The notes under the pieces were generated by a model. That model searched no databases and was not told the origin of the DNA. It saw only the letters and a list, made by a program, of their open reading frames with translations. A stretch of 64,000 bases of DNA from an uncultured Bacilli bacterium (lineage in GTDB: Bacteria; Bacillota_I; Bacilli_A; RF39; UBA660): assembly GCA_947627975.1 (NCBI GenBank), contig CANQYB010000001.1, positions 7,997 through 71,996 on the forward strand, given 5' to 3'. Numbering within the stretch: position 1 is the first letter of the stretch; every line of letters begins with the position of its first letter. The translations under genes and the position numbers were made by a program. Positions 40,384 to 51,148 of the stretch are shown here, one piece after another.

Positions 40384-40465
40384 AATAACAATTATTTTAT
40401 TCTTAAATAAAAATCCAGCACATATAAAGTTATTTTTGGCATATAAATAATTGAGGTGAAAAAAA

Positions 40466-41530
40466 ATGAAAATTGAAAGTGATTTTATTACTGGTAAAAA
40501 TAAAGTTAATTTTACCAATTCACTAAATGCTCCTTTACTATATTTAAAGCTAAGTGTAAATTCTGAAACTATTATTCCTGATACTAACGATTTAATAATT
40601 TATGTTGATAATGATGAAGATGGCCTTAACAGAAAAACATATGCATATACTTTAAATAATAAGCTACAATTAAATGACCAATTTATTATTGAAAGTAAAA
40701 TTTTAAATAATAATTTAAATATGACGGCTTATATTAAAAACGAAGAAAAATTAGAATATATCGATTATGAACCAATAAATACTTTTGATGGAAATAATTA
40801 TTTATCAACTAATTATGAAAATATAGAAATCGAACTAATATATCCAGAAAATAATGATTTAAGTAAAAGATATCTATTAAATTCTATATACAATGAAAGT
40901 GAAAGTATAAATGAAGCAGATAATAATTTCAATGCTTTTACTAAAGATGAAAATGGCATTAATTTAGATGTTAATAATTTAAATGTTGGATGTATTACAA
41001 ATTCAAATAATAATTTTAGTGTTGATACTGATGGAAATATTTTAGCAAATAGTATAACATTAAAAAATGGTGTTAATTTAAATTATGAAGACTTATTTGA
41101 TAAGATATATCCTGTTGGTTCTATTTATATTTCAGTAAATAATATAAATCCTAGTACTATTTTTACAGGAACTTGGGAAGAATTTGCTCGTGGACGAACT
41201 TTAGTTGGAGTTGATGAATCACAAAATGAATTTAACGAAGTTTTGAAAACTGGTGGTAATAAATTATTACAATCTCACATTCATACTGGAACTACTAATG
41301 TTACAGGAAGCCATCAACATACTGGAAATACATTAGAAGTTCAAAAGAAAACTTCAAGTTCTAGTGATTGTGCCAGAAATATTTCTTCATCATATGATCA
41401 TGTTGGTGTTACAATAACTAATCCTGCAGGAGATCACTCTCATACATTTACTACTGAAAGTGCTGGTGCAGGTGATTCAGGTAACTTACAACCATATATA
41501 ACTTGTTATATTTGGAAGAGAATATCATAA
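40466..41530 (+). CDS. phage tail-collar (tail fibre) domain protein
   Basis: 'YPVGSIYISVNNINPSTIFTGTWEEFARGRTLVGVD...LLQSHIHTGTT...GSHQHTG...GDHSHTF' follows the tail-collar pattern P.G.I...P...G.W....GR...G followed by a histidine-rich repeat. RBS GAGGTGA. Confidence 0.65.
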   Translation: MKIESDFITGKNKVNFTNSLNAPLLYLKLSVNSETIIPDTNDLIIYVDNDEDGLNRKTYAYTLNNKLQLNDQFIIESKILNNNLNMTAYIKNEEKLEYIDYEPINTFDGNNYLSTNYENIEIELIYPENNDLSKRYLLNSIYNESESINEADNNFNAFTKDENGINLDVNNLNVGCITNSNNNFSVDTDGNILANSITLKNGVNLNYEDLFDKIYPVGSIYISVNNINPSTIFTGTWEEFARGRTLVGVDESQNEFNEVLKTGGNKLLQSHIHTGTTNVTGSHQHTGNTLEVQKKTSSSSDCARNISSSYDHVGVTITNPAGDHSHTFTTESAGAGDSGNLQPYITCYIWKRIS

Positions 41531-41614
41531 AAAGATATTCTTTTTTCTTTTTTTAATGACTTTGGCACTTACTAACATATTTATTTGAACATATTATGAA
41601 AATGGTGATACAGT

Positions 41615-41941
41615 TTGATAAAATTTTATATAAATATTAAACAAGAGTTAAATATTCTAAAAGAAAGAAAAAAATTATTAGATTTTGAAAAAGATATAAT
41701 AGATAAGTTAATTATTAAAAAAGAAGATAGTTTAAATATAATAGATAATCATTTAAAAGAATTAAAAGGAATTGAAAATAAATTATACTATCAAATAGTA
41801 GTTCTCGGAAAAAGTGTTACAAAAGCTGTCGATAAAGTTGCATTTGACGAATATAAAGATGTATCGACAATTTGGAAGAACTACTACCCTAATGTGAAAA
41901 AAAAATTAAAAGAATTAGAAACTCTAGCAAATAACAAGTAA
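41615..41941 (+). CDS. hypothetical coiled-coil protein
   Basis: 108-aa ORF with a TTG start and GGTGA RBS. Lys/Glu-rich helical. Confidence 0.4.
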   Translation: MIKFYINIKQELNILKERKKLLDFEKDIIDKLIIKKEDSLNIIDNHLKELKGIENKLYYQIVVLGKSVTKAVDKVAFDEYKDVSTIWKNYYPNVKKKLKELETLANNK

Positions 41942-41971
41942 AATTTTCATATATTAAATTAGAGGTGAAAT

Positions 41972-44900
41972 ATGAAAGAATTAATAAATAAGCGAAAACT
42001 TCGTGAAAAGCATTTTTTAAAACCAAACGGTGAAATAATTGCATATACTTATGATTCAGATGTACACTATTTAAAAAATGGTCAATATGAAGACATAGAT
42101 AATACAATTATTAAGACATCTAATGGCTATGAAAATAAAAATAATTCCTTTAAAACTATTTTTAATGACAATAATTTATTAACATTAAAAAAAGATAATA
42201 ATTATTTAATTTTTAATTTAGATAATTTAACAAAAATTAATCCTATTAAAAAAGATACAAAAGAAATATTATTTGAAAATATTTCAAATAATATTAATAT
42301 TAGCTATAAACTTATAAATGATAAAATTAAAGAATCTATTATAATTAAAGATAAAAATTTTGATTTAGAAAAATTAATTTTTAAAATTGATACCAATTTA
42401 ACTTTAGAAAAAATTGATAAAAAAATTATTGCTAAAAATAATAATGAAACTATTTTTATAATTGAAAGTCCTTTTATGTATGATTCATCAGGAATATATA
42501 ATTATAATGTATTATATGATTTAAAAAAAGTTGAAAATAATTATATTATAGAATTAAGTTTAGATAAAGAATGGTTAAAAGAAAAAAACAGAAAATTCCC
42601 TATTATAATCGACCCAACAATCACTAATTATACAAATGAAAATAATGTTTATGATACTTATATTTATGAAAATGATTCAAATGTTAATAGAAATGATCAG
42701 GATATCTTAAAAGTTGGAATTGATAACAGTAATAAAATTTATCGAACTCTACTAAAATTTGATTTACCTACTATTGGAACTGGAAGTCAAATAACAGATG
42801 CACAAATCTGTTTAACAGGCTATCCTAAATTTCCCAATGCAGATATTAAAAATTATTCATACATAGATATACATGAAATGACAACTTCATGGGATGAAAA
42901 ATCAGCAAATTGGAATAATTTTCATGATAAATATAATAAAAGAATAGAAGCATATGGAAACTATACTGCTAGTCTTAATTTATTGGAAGAAGTTGTACCA
43001 AAATTTAATTATTATAACATTACTAATTTAGTTAAAAAATGGTATTCTGGTCATCCTAATAATGGTGTAATGTTAAAAGCACATTATGAAACTCGTGATA
43101 AAAATGATGATATTTGTTCTTATTTTTCTAAAAATAATCTTGTAACTAATTATAATCCTAAACCTTTACTTGCTATAACATATCGCAATCAAAATGGTTT
43201 AGAAGATTATTTGGCGTATAAGAAACAAGAATTTCAAAACGGTACTACATATTTAAATAATTATAATGGTAATTTGACAACATCATTTGATATTATAAAT
43301 ACTATTGGTGGAAAGATGCCTTTAAAAATTATAATGCATTACAATACAAATGATGTTGTTCTTAAAAATAATTATGGCTATGGTCTTGGATATAAATTAA
43401 ATTATCATGAAATGATTAAAGAAGTTAAAATCGAAGAAACAAATTATTTAGAGTATACTGATAGTGATGGTACAATTCATTATTTTTCTGAAAATGAAAA
43501 TATATATAAAGATGAAGACGGTTTAAGATTAGAAGCAGTTAAAGATAATAATATCTATACAATCACAGATATTGATGGTAATAAAAAAGAATTTACTTTA
43601 ATTAATAATATTTACTATTTAACAAAATTAATATCTACAGAAAATTTTACTAATTTAATTGAATATGATAATAATCGTATAGTTAAAATCACTGATGAAA
43701 ATGGAGATACTATCAATATTACTTATGAAGATGGTAAAATAACCTTTGCTAATAAATATAAGACAGTTATTATAAATTGCAATGCAAATGGCCAAATGAC
43801 TGAGCTTTTAAAAAATGGAACTACGACTTCATTTATATATAATAATTTAAATTTAATAGATAAAATAATAGATACAAACCAATTATCGATAAAATATGAA
43901 TATTATGATGCTATACCTTATCGTATGAAAAAAATTACAGAATATGGTTTAAATGATACCTTAGGTAAAGAAATAAATATTGAATATGGTTTTAATATTA
44001 CTTCCTTTAAAGATAATCTAGGTCATAAAAATACATATACTTTTAATAATATGGGTAATCCTATATCAGTTACTAATTTAGATATTAATGAAACTTTAAG
44101 AGATGGTTATGGACAAAATAATTTGTTCAGTGATTTTTATGGTTTAGAAAATAAATTACTTTCCAGTGAACAATTAAATAAAACTATTAAAAATTATATT
44201 AATAATTCAAGTTTTGAAACAAATGAAGAAATTTTTATGGGGCCAAATGTATCATTTACTAATGAAGAAGCAAGATCAGGATTAAGAAGTTTGAAATTTA
44301 CTGGAAGTAATTCATATAACATGATTAATATAGATGCGAAAGAATGTTATTATACTTTTAGTGGCTATTTTAAAGGTACTGGTAAAGCACAAATAAGTAT
44401 TCAATTACATGATAGTAATACTTATATGTATGAAACATTAAGTGATGAATTTTCTTTAACAGATGAATTTGAAAGACACGATGTAACATTCTATGTTTCA
44501 GAAGACTTTGCTAATTATGTAGATATTTATATTCATTTGGATGGTCTAGTATTATATCTTGATGATATTCAATTAGAAAAAGGTGAAGTTGCCAATCAAT
44601 ATAATTTAATTGATAATTCAGACTTTTCTGAAAATTTAACAGGTTGGGAAATTGAAACACAAGATGAAAATAATGAAGAGATAATTTTAAATAATGAAGA
44701 GATTATAGAACTAGAAAGTGGTTTAAAAGCACTAAAAGTAAATTTAGACCCATATATTTCTAAAACATTATCAAAAACTTTTAATATTTCTGGAAAAGCT
44801 GGAGATACATTTGTTTTATCATTTTGGTATAAAAACGCTTCATTAAATGAAACTATGTGGGCTTATCCAGCAAATTGTTTAGTTAGTTTTAATTTTCCAA

Positions 44901-47900
44901 ACTTACCAGAAGGAGAAGGATTTGACTGGACACCAATTGATACCCAACTTAATTTCAATGAAACAGAATGGCAATATTTTTCAGCAAGTTTTTCTGCAGA
45001 ATATGACTATGATAAAATCTTTTTCAACCTATTTATGTTAAGAAATGCTAATAATATTCAATTAACAAATATAACTTTATATAAAGATTTATCTAACTTT
45101 AATTATGATTATGATGAAAATGGTAATTTAATTGAAGCAACAGATTTAAATCAAAACAAATCTACATTTAACTATGACAAAAATAATCAATTAATTAAAG
45201 AAACTTATCAAAATGGAAATAATTTTTCATATGAATATGATAATATTAATCAAACAAAATTATTAAGTAGCATTTCTGGAACAGGTATTGCCAATGAAAT
45301 TAAATATGATAAATTTGAAAATCCAATTATTACTAAAATTAAATCAATTAAAACTAATGATACAATTGATGGAGATTATTATATAAGACTTAAAAGTTCA
45401 GAAAAGTATTTAGATGGTGATTATGAAAATAAAACTTTAAATTTCATAGAAAACACTTGTAGTCACGAAGTATGGACTATTAAAAAAGTTGATAATTATT
45501 ACACTATTAAATCATCATTATTAGACTTTTACTTAAATGTAACAAATAATATTGTTAGTCTTTCTAAAGAAAAAACAAAGTTTGATTTTTTTGAAAATGA
45601 CAATAAAAGTTATTTAATAAAAATTTATGATACTGATAATTATTTAAAATATGATAATGATAATAATAAAATAGTTATTTCTACAATTGAAGATGATTCA
45701 AATTTGGAATTCTATTTAGAAGATGCAAGTTACTCTATGTTTGTAGAAAATGAAGCTGAATATACTGAAGATGGAAAATTTATTAAATCAATAACTGATA
45801 CAAATTTTAATAAAATTTATTATGAAATAGATCCATCAAATGGTTTAACAAAAAAAATTACTGATCCAAATGGAGTAAGTACAAATTATACTTATAATGA
45901 AAAAGAACAAATAACTAACATTGAAATAAATAATGAAAAAATAGAATATTTTTATAATAATCAAAATCTTTTAAATAAAATTAAAAGTAATTCTATGGAA
46001 TATAATTTTGAATATAATGAATTTTTAAAACCAAAAACAATTAAAATTGGTGATAATATTACCTTGATTTCCAATGAATATGAAGATAGAAATGGTAATT
46101 TAATAAAAACAACTTATGGTAATGGGCATTCTGTATCATATGAATATGATGATTTAAATCGAATAAAATCAATGACAAAAGATAAAAAATATAATTTCAA
46201 ATATGATAATTTTAATAATATAGCAAAAATTGAATATAATATTCCATCATCAGATACTCCAATAAAATATCAATATGTTTATGATAAAAGTCAAAGGTTA
46301 GTAAAATATTCTCATAAGGATTTTAAATTAGAAAATACTTATGATATCAATGGTAATGTTATAAATAAAAAATATTACTTAAATAATACTAAACAAAACG
46401 AAGAATTTTCATATAATAAAGATGATGCTTTAATTTCATCACAATTTGATAACAATAATAATATTAATTATATATATGATCCGCTTGGTAGATTACAAGA
46501 GCAAAACATAAATAATCTATACAAAACAAAATATGAATATTTAACAAATGGAAAAAGGACTTCTCTACTAATAAATAAAATGACTAACAATAATAATTCT
46601 TATTCATACAAATATGATAAATTAGATAATATTACTCATATTTATTATAATGATAAATTAATATATAAATATTATTATGATGAATTTAATGAACTTATAA
46701 AAGAAGATGATTATATTCAAAATAAAACATTTAGATATATTTATGATAAAAATGGCAATATATTAAGTAAGAATACTTATGAACTTAAAACATTTAATTT
46801 ATTAGATAAAAAAGTATTTGAATATAATAATAAAAATTGGACAGACCAGCTAACCAAATACGAAAATGATATAATCTCTTATGATGAAATAGGAAACCCT
46901 ATTTCTATAGGAAATAATATTACAATAAATTGGCAAAATGGCCGTGAATTGAAAAAATATATTGATAAGGCAAATGATTTAATTATAGAATATAATTATG
47001 ATAAAGATGGAACTAGAACTTCTAAAAATGTTAATGGAAATGAAACTACTTATGTTACAGATGGCGAAACAATTATATTCGAAAAAAATAATAGTAATAT
47101 AATTTATTATCTTCGAGATAGTAATAACGATTTAATAGGACTAAAATATAATGATACAATTTATTATTATTTAAAAAATATTCAAAATGATATTATAGGT
47201 ATCTTAGATTCTAATTATAATCAGATAGCTGAATACACATACGATTCTTGGGGAAATATTATAAGTATTAAAGATAATAACAAAAACGAAATAACTGATG
47301 AAAACCATATAGCTTTAATTAATCCATTTAGATATCGTAGTTATTATTATGATAAAGAAACTAATTTATATTATCTTAATTTTAGGTATTATAATCCTAT
47401 TTGGTCAAGATTTATTAATGCCGATAATTATATAAGCACCGATAAAGATAATTTTATACCTAATTTGTATACATATGTTGCAAATAATCCAATAAACAAT
47501 CATGATTCAACAGGTTATTCTTTAAAAAAATTAATTAAATCTGTAGTTAAAAAAGTAAAGAAAGCTATAAAAACAGTAAAAAAACTTGCAAAAAAACTAA
47601 AAAAAGCTTTTACAGCTGAGGCAGAAGTTGGAATTGGATTAGGAAGCGGTACTATTGCTGGAACTTCTAAAACAGGTAAAACTTTTTCACAAACTATGGG
47701 AGTTGGTTATATTGATGGTGAAAAAAAATATTATACATCAACAGTTGGTTCCTTAGAAAGTGGTAAATTTAAAGATTTTACTTTTGGTGGACAATTTGAA
47801 GTTAGACATTACGATCATGGATATGAAAACCCTATGACACTGCCTTTTGAAATATGGAATGATCCTAATACAGTTAAAACATTTACTCTTTTCAATAAAT

Positions 47901-48022
47901 ATTATGAATATATAGGAAATCAATTAGACAATAGTAATGAAATTTTCATTGGACTTGGTTTTGAAGCATTTTGCTTAGGAGGAGTTAGATTAAAAATAGG
48001 TTTCAATATTAAATTAGATTAA
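41972..48022 (+). CDS. RHS/YD-repeat polymorphic toxin with N-terminal DNRLRE-like and CBM-like domains, RHS core and a C-terminal cationic variable domain; no signal peptide
   Basis: 2016 aa, RBS AGAGGTGA. It carries a DNRLRE-like segment 'ILKVGIDNSNKIYRTLLKFDLP...IHEMTTSWDEKSANWNN'. Many YD repeats are present, for example 'YDKNNQLIKETYQNGNNFSYEYD' and 'YIYDPLGRLQEQ'. The RHS core 'YYYDKETNLYYLNFRYYNPIWSRFINADNYI...NLYTYVANNPINNHDSTGY' precedes a 170-aa C-terminal domain beginning with a KK-rich amphipathic helix. Confidence 0.85.
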   Translation: MKELINKRKLREKHFLKPNGEIIAYTYDSDVHYLKNGQYEDIDNTIIKTSNGYENKNNSFKTIFNDNNLLTLKKDNNYLIFNLDNLTKINPIKKDTKEILFENISNNINISYKLINDKIKESIIIKDKNFDLEKLIFKIDTNLTLEKIDKKIIAKNNNETIFIIESPFMYDSSGIYNYNVLYDLKKVENNYIIELSLDKEWLKEKNRKFPIIIDPTITNYTNENNVYDTYIYENDSNVNRNDQDILKVGIDNSNKIYRTLLKFDLPTIGTGSQITDAQICLTGYPKFPNADIKNYSYIDIHEMTTSWDEKSANWNNFHDKYNKRIEAYGNYTASLNLLEEVVPKFNYYNITNLVKKWYSGHPNNGVMLKAHYETRDKNDDICSYFSKNNLVTNYNPKPLLAITYRNQNGLEDYLAYKKQEFQNGTTYLNNYNGNLTTSFDIINTIGGKMPLKIIMHYNTNDVVLKNNYGYGLGYKLNYHEMIKEVKIEETNYLEYTDSDGTIHYFSENENIYKDEDGLRLEAVKDNNIYTITDIDGNKKEFTLINNIYYLTKLISTENFTNLIEYDNNRIVKITDENGDTINITYEDGKITFANKYKTVIINCNANGQMTELLKNGTTTSFIYNNLNLIDKIIDTNQLSIKYEYYDAIPYRMKKITEYGLNDTLGKEINIEYGFNITSFKDNLGHKNTYTFNNMGNPISVTNLDINETLRDGYGQNNLFSDFYGLENKLLSSEQLNKTIKNYINNSSFETNEEIFMGPNVSFTNEEARSGLRSLKFTGSNSYNMINIDAKECYYTFSGYFKGTGKAQISIQLHDSNTYMYETLSDEFSLTDEFERHDVTFYVSEDFANYVDIYIHLDGLVLYLDDIQLEKGEVANQYNLIDNSDFSENLTGWEIETQDENNEEIILNNEEIIELESGLKALKVNLDPYISKTLSKTFNISGKAGDTFVLSFWYKNASLNETMWAYPANCLVSFNFPNLPEGEGFDWTPIDTQLNFNETEWQYFSASFSAEYDYDKIFFNLFMLRNANNIQLTNITLYKDLSNFNYDYDENGNLIEATDLNQNKSTFNYDKNNQLIKETYQNGNNFSYEYDNINQTKLLSSISGTGIANEIKYDKFENPIITKIKSIKTNDTIDGDYYIRLKSSEKYLDGDYENKTLNFIENTCSHEVWTIKKVDNYYTIKSSLLDFYLNVTNNIVSLSKEKTKFDFFENDNKSYLIKIYDTDNYLKYDNDNNKIVISTIEDDSNLEFYLEDASYSMFVENEAEYTEDGKFIKSITDTNFNKIYYEIDPSNGLTKKITDPNGVSTNYTYNEKEQITNIEINNEKIEYFYNNQNLLNKIKSNSMEYNFEYNEFLKPKTIKIGDNITLISNEYEDRNGNLIKTTYGNGHSVSYEYDDLNRIKSMTKDKKYNFKYDNFNNIAKIEYNIPSSDTPIKYQYVYDKSQRLVKYSHKDFKLENTYDINGNVINKKYYLNNTKQNEEFSYNKDDALISSQFDNNNNINYIYDPLGRLQEQNINNLYKTKYEYLTNGKRTSLLINKMTNNNNSYSYKYDKLDNITHIYYNDKLIYKYYYDEFNELIKEDDYIQNKTFRYIYDKNGNILSKNTYELKTFNLLDKKVFEYNNKNWTDQLTKYENDIISYDEIGNPISIGNNITINWQNGRELKKYIDKANDLIIEYNYDKDGTRTSKNVNGNETTYVTDGETIIFEKNNSNIIYYLRDSNNDLIGLKYNDTIYYYLKNIQNDIIGILDSNYNQIAEYTYDSWGNIISIKDNNKNEITDENHIALINPFRYRSYYYDKETNLYYLNFRYYNPIWSRFINADNYISTDKDNFIPNLYTYVANNPINNHDSTGYSLKKLIKSVVKKVKKAIKTVKKLAKKLKKAFTAEAEVGIGLGSGTIAGTSKTGKTFSQTMGVGYIDGEKKYYTSTVGSLESGKFKDFTFGGQFEVRHYDHGYENPMTLPFEIWNDPNTVKTFTLFNKYYEYIGNQLDNSNEIFIGLGFEAFCLGGVRLKIGFNIKLD

Positions 48023-48063
48023 TTTAATAATTAAAAAATAAGATACAAAATTTATTATATAAA

Positions 48064-48106
48064 AATGAAATATTTATCTGAAAAAGATATATTTCATTTT
48101 TTTTAA
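48064..48106 (+). terminator. rho-independent terminator after RHS gene (repeat copy 1)
   Basis: atgaaatatttatct-gaaaa-agatatatttcat hairpin followed by a T8 run. Near-identical to 51338..51380. Confidence 0.65.
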
Positions 48107-48257
48107 TTTAATTTAGAAAAATCAAACTGTTAAAATCATAAACATAAATTTTTTAATAATACAATTTGCCAATTCCAAAATAAACATATCTTTAATAAAT
48201 ATTAAAAAAAGCAAATTTATTATAGATACAGAAACTATTGTAGAAAAAATATAATAT

Positions 48258-48295
48258 TTGTGTTATAATTTTAATATAAAGGATGTATTTATATT
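48258..48295 (+). promoter_or_regulatory. extended -10 promoter (TGTTATAAT) plus conserved 20-bp RBS module aatataaaggatgtatttat, copy 1
   Basis: TGnTATAAT lies at 48261-48269. The 20-mer at 48273-48292 is repeated at 49146-49165. Confidence 0.5.
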
Positions 48296-49078
48296 ATGAA
48301 AAAGAAAAGAAAAATAAAAAAAGGTCTAAAAATATTTTTAATTACTATTATTATAACAATTATTGCATTTATTGGAATTGTTGTTTTACTAGCAATTATG
48401 GATTTAAAACAAGAAAGCAATTTAGAACAAGAAATTATAAATTATAATACTAAAGATTTAGCAAAGGATGATTTTACTGTGAAAATAAACACTAAAGGAG
48501 ATTATGCATATGTAGAAAAAGCAGTAAAAGAATATTATAAAAGTCTATCTGATAATGTCAAAACAATAAATTCCTATTTAAACAATGAAAAATTTTCTAA
48601 TCTTTTAACAGTAAATAATTTAGAAAGTGATAGACCTGATTTTACATTTAGTCATAATACTATTAAAATTACAAAAAACAATATTAATAAAGCAATTAAA
48701 AATATCGATAAATTATGTGATGAAAAAACTATTAAAAATTTACTTGATAAAGATAAGCTTGATGATGCTGATTATTATTATGATTTTTATTTGGAGTTAA
48801 TGTATACAAAAAATGATAAAAATAATTTTAAAAATTTAAAAAATAGAACGGATAATCTTGGAACACAATTAAATTCTTATTTAGATAAACTAGATGAAAC
48901 AATTAACTTTTTACAAAAAAATGATAAATCTGTTATATATGAACAAAACAATCAATCAATACTTTTTAAATCTCAAACATTATACATAGAATGGAAAAAA
49001 CAAATTGCAGAATTAGAAGAAATAGCAGAAAATATAGAAAAAGCCGAAAATACTGAAAATTCATCAAATGAAGCTTAA
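48296..49078 (+). CDS. membrane-anchored protein, candidate immunity protein 1
   Basis: 260 aa with a basic N-terminus plus one TM 'IFLITIIITIIAFIGIVVLLAIM', then a soluble Lys/Asn-rich domain. First gene downstream of the RHS toxin. Confidence 0.5.
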   Translation: MKKKRKIKKGLKIFLITIIITIIAFIGIVVLLAIMDLKQESNLEQEIINYNTKDLAKDDFTVKINTKGDYAYVEKAVKEYYKSLSDNVKTINSYLNNEKFSNLLTVNNLESDRPDFTFSHNTIKITKNNINKAIKNIDKLCDEKTIKNLLDKDKLDDADYYYDFYLELMYTKNDKNNFKNLKNRTDNLGTQLNSYLDKLDETINFLQKNDKSVIYEQNNQSILFKSQTLYIEWKKQIAELEEIAENIEKAENTENSSNEA

Positions 49079-49132
49079 ATATCATAGATTTATAAAATAA
49101 AAAAATATTTTTTTATAAAAAATAAAATATTT

Positions 49133-49163
49133 ACGGTATAATCTCAATATAAAGGATGTATTT
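49133..49163 (+). promoter_or_regulatory. promoter (GGTATAAT) plus conserved RBS module, copy 2
   Basis: Contains the same 20-mer as the region upstream of 48296. Confidence 0.45.
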
Positions 49164-50186
49164 ATGAAATTAATTAGAAAAATTAAAGATAAATTAATGG
49201 AAAATCCAAGAAAAACATTTATTATTTGCAATGTAATTTTAGCTTTATTAAATTATGTAACAATGAAAATGGATTTCTTGCTTGATTTTACCATTTTTAA
49301 TATTTTTATTTTCATATTTTATAGAATTCTATTAATATTCATAACAATTTTTAATTGTTACTATATTTATAAACATCCAAAAGATAAATTAATAATAATA
49401 ACATTTTTTGCGACAATTTTATCAATTCCTTTATTCCTAATTTGTTTTGAAACTTATATATTAATGATTTTGGCTTATATAATATTATTCTTTATCATTA
49501 ATAAGCCAGAAAATGTAAAACAAAGTGCTTTAAAAAATATTATATTTTTTATATGTAATATATCATTATTTTTATTATATTATATTACAAATGGAAAAGA
49601 TTTAATAATTGAGATATATCCTATAATTTTTATGGTTATAATAATATTAATAACAATTTTTAATTGCTATTATATTTATAAAAATCCTAAAAACAATCTT
49701 GTGGGAGCAATAGCCATTACTTCTATTGTTTTTTCATTCCCTTTAAGTGATGTTTTTCCTATTTTATATCTTCTAATAATTTTATCTTATTTACTATTTT
49801 TTATAATAAATAAAAAAATAGTTTTAATATTCATTGGAATAGTAGTCTTTATTTTGACATTAACTTTTTCTATAGAATCTTATATTTATAACCATAATAA
49901 TGAAGATTCAAACAAAGCAGTTGATATAGGTTTTTCACCTACTAAAAAGTATTATGGTTACTGTGAAAGTTATAAATTAGCAAATAATAAGTTAGAAAAC
50001 AAATTTTATTGGGGTAAGAAAAAACTACCAATAGATATTTTTAATACAATTGATCCACTTGAACAAAATATAAATATACCAACATGTAAAAAAGGTAAAA
50101 TAAAATGGATAACAGATGATGAAATAGAAGTAAATGGAAAAAAAATATCAATAAAAAATAAATGGGAAAAAAAATTCGAAAGTTAA
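49164..50186 (+). CDS. polytopic membrane protein with internal tandem duplication, candidate immunity protein 2
   Basis: 340 aa with 8 or more TM helices. The module 'ITIFNCYYIYK(H/N)PK(D/N)(K/N)L' occurs twice, about 100 aa apart. The nucleotide repeats are at 49342-49400 and 49652-49700. Confidence 0.5.
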   Translation: MKLIRKIKDKLMENPRKTFIICNVILALLNYVTMKMDFLLDFTIFNIFIFIFYRILLIFITIFNCYYIYKHPKDKLIIITFFATILSIPLFLICFETYILMILAYIILFFIINKPENVKQSALKNIIFFICNISLFLLYYITNGKDLIIEIYPIIFMVIIILITIFNCYYIYKNPKNNLVGAIAITSIVFSFPLSDVFPILYLLIILSYLLFFIINKKIVLIFIGIVVFILTLTFSIESYIYNHNNEDSNKAVDIGFSPTKKYYGYCESYKLANNKLENKFYWGKKKLPIDIFNTIDPLEQNINIPTCKKGKIKWITDDEIEVNGKKISIKNKWEKKFES

Positions 50187-50227
50187 AACATATTAAATTA
50201 ATAAAATTTTTTTGGAAGTGATTAGTA

Positions 50228-51148
50228 ATGATTTGTAAAAATTGTAAGAAAAATATTTCTCAAAAATCTGAGTTTTGTAAATATTGCGGAAATAAAATAA
50301 AAAAAGATAAATTATCTATTATATCTAAAATATTTATTTTCCCTTATATTTTTGTAATGTTTGTTATTTTTATTTTAATGTTTGTTTTTCCATTTGTAAA
50401 TCAAAATAATAATAGTTTAACTAAAGAAAAGTTTATTAATTACATGAAAAATAATAAGTGTAATTTAGTTAATGTTTTAGATAAAGAAAAATATGATGGT
50501 GTAGATTTTTATTATGTAACTAATAAACCTTGTCCTTATTTAGCCAGTTATACTATATTTGAAAATCCTAAAATGCAAAATGCCTTTTATAACAGTTTAG
50601 TAAATGATGTAAAAAATAATTCAAATACTAGAAATAGTAGAGAAATTAACATGTTAAATTATTTTGAAGTTTCAACATACGGGGAAAATTTTAAATTAGC
50701 AGCATCAAAAAATAATGAAGTATTTTATATTTCTGTTAAAAATCAAAATACAGATAAGGCTGTAAAAGTAGCCAAAGAATTTGGATTTTACTTTGAAGAA
50801 AGTCCTATTGGAAATAAATTAACATATATATTTATAATTATGTTAGTACTTATACTTATGATTAGTTGGTGGAAAATAAATATTAAAATGGGAAGAAAAG
50901 GTTGGATTTGTTTAATACCAATTTATAATATATTATGTTTATCTAAAGATGTTTTTGGCTCTTATAAATATTTTATAATATATTTAATACCCCTATTTAA
51001 TATTTATTCTATACATATAACATGTTATAATTTAGGAAAAGTATTCAAAAAAAGTGAAAACTATTTAATTGGTCTTGTATTATGTTTCCCATTATTTGTT
51101 TCAATGTTAGCATTTGATGATTCTAAATATATTATTGAAAAAAAGTAA
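50228..51148 (+). CDS. zinc-ribbon membrane protein, candidate immunity/accessory protein 3
   Basis: N-terminal 'CKNCKKNISQKSEFCKYCGNK' zinc ribbon, then a TM, a soluble domain and two C-terminal TM helices. Confidence 0.5.
   Translation: MICKNCKKNISQKSEFCKYCGNKIKKDKLSIISKIFIFPYIFVMFVIFILMFVFPFVNQNNNSLTKEKFINYMKNNKCNLVNVLDKEKYDGVDFYYVTNKPCPYLASYTIFENPKMQNAFYNSLVNDVKNNSNTRNSREINMLNYFEVSTYGENFKLAASKNNEVFYISVKNQNTDKAVKVAKEFGFYFEESPIGNKLTYIFIIMLVLILMISWWKINIKMGRKGWICLIPIYNILCLSKDVFGSYKYFIIYLIPLFNIYSIHITCYNLGKVFKKSENYLIGLVLCFPLFVSMLAFDDSKYIIEKK

Noticed and set aside
41889-42107. 72-aa minus-strand ORF overlapping the RHS gene start
   Set aside because: No RBS, overlaps a strongly supported gene start, hydrophobic low-complexity translation.
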